Positions 35,124 to 36,065 of a DNA stretch of 36,065 nucleotides are shown here, piece after piece. The notes beneath the pieces were generated by a model. It was not told the origin of the DNA and searched no databases. It worked only from the letters and a program-made list of their open reading frames with translations. The stretch comes from Gammaproteobacteria bacterium. Lineage in GTDB: Bacteria > Pseudomonadota > Gammaproteobacteria > Acidiferrobacterales > UBA6901. Numbering within the stretch: the stretch's first letter is position 1; every line of letters begins with the position of its first letter. A program made the translations under genes and the position numbers. Location: contig JANOTM010000101.1 of the NCBI GenBank assembly GCA_031416355.1, positions 1-36,065 on the forward strand, written 5' to 3'.

Positions 35124-36065
<942 letters not shown>

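Overview
This window is GC-rich proteobacterial core chromosome, probably from a gammaproteobacterium that oxidises sulfur and/or denitrifies (an inference from gene content). Most genes are on the minus strand. In window order: nuoF (partial)-nuoE-nuoD-nuoC-nuoB-nuoA, tRNA-Leu(GAG), secG, tpiA, glmM, folP, ftsH, rlmE, DUF4149 protein, greA, carB, carA, a secreted SoxB/5'-nucleotidase-like metallophosphoesterase (+), dapB, MgtC/SapB protein (+), msrQ, msrP, a Tat-exported DsrE-like protein, dnaJ, dnaK, grpE, hrcA, nadK (+), recN (+), a short ArgA-like GNAT (+), a PhyH-type dioxygenase (+), and the distal end of a cNOR cluster (norD, polyferredoxin-like membrane protein, small membrane protein, norQ, partial norB). 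I saw no CRISPR array, prophage or transposase. The most unusual signals are these. (1) Four copies of a GTAG-REP doublet are wrapped in AT-rich ~27-bp terminal inverted repeats. One copy is collapsed, one fills the predicted tpiA 5' UTR, and one is interrupted by an 80-bp two-hairpin insert flanked by CT...CT. (2) Opposed heptamer arrays at the carA-carB junction create a 21-codon bridging mini-ORF. (3) carA has an attenuator-like leader. (4) The SoxB-like enzyme has His metal ligands replaced by Glu/Asp. All are hypotheses from reading the sequence; no database search was run.
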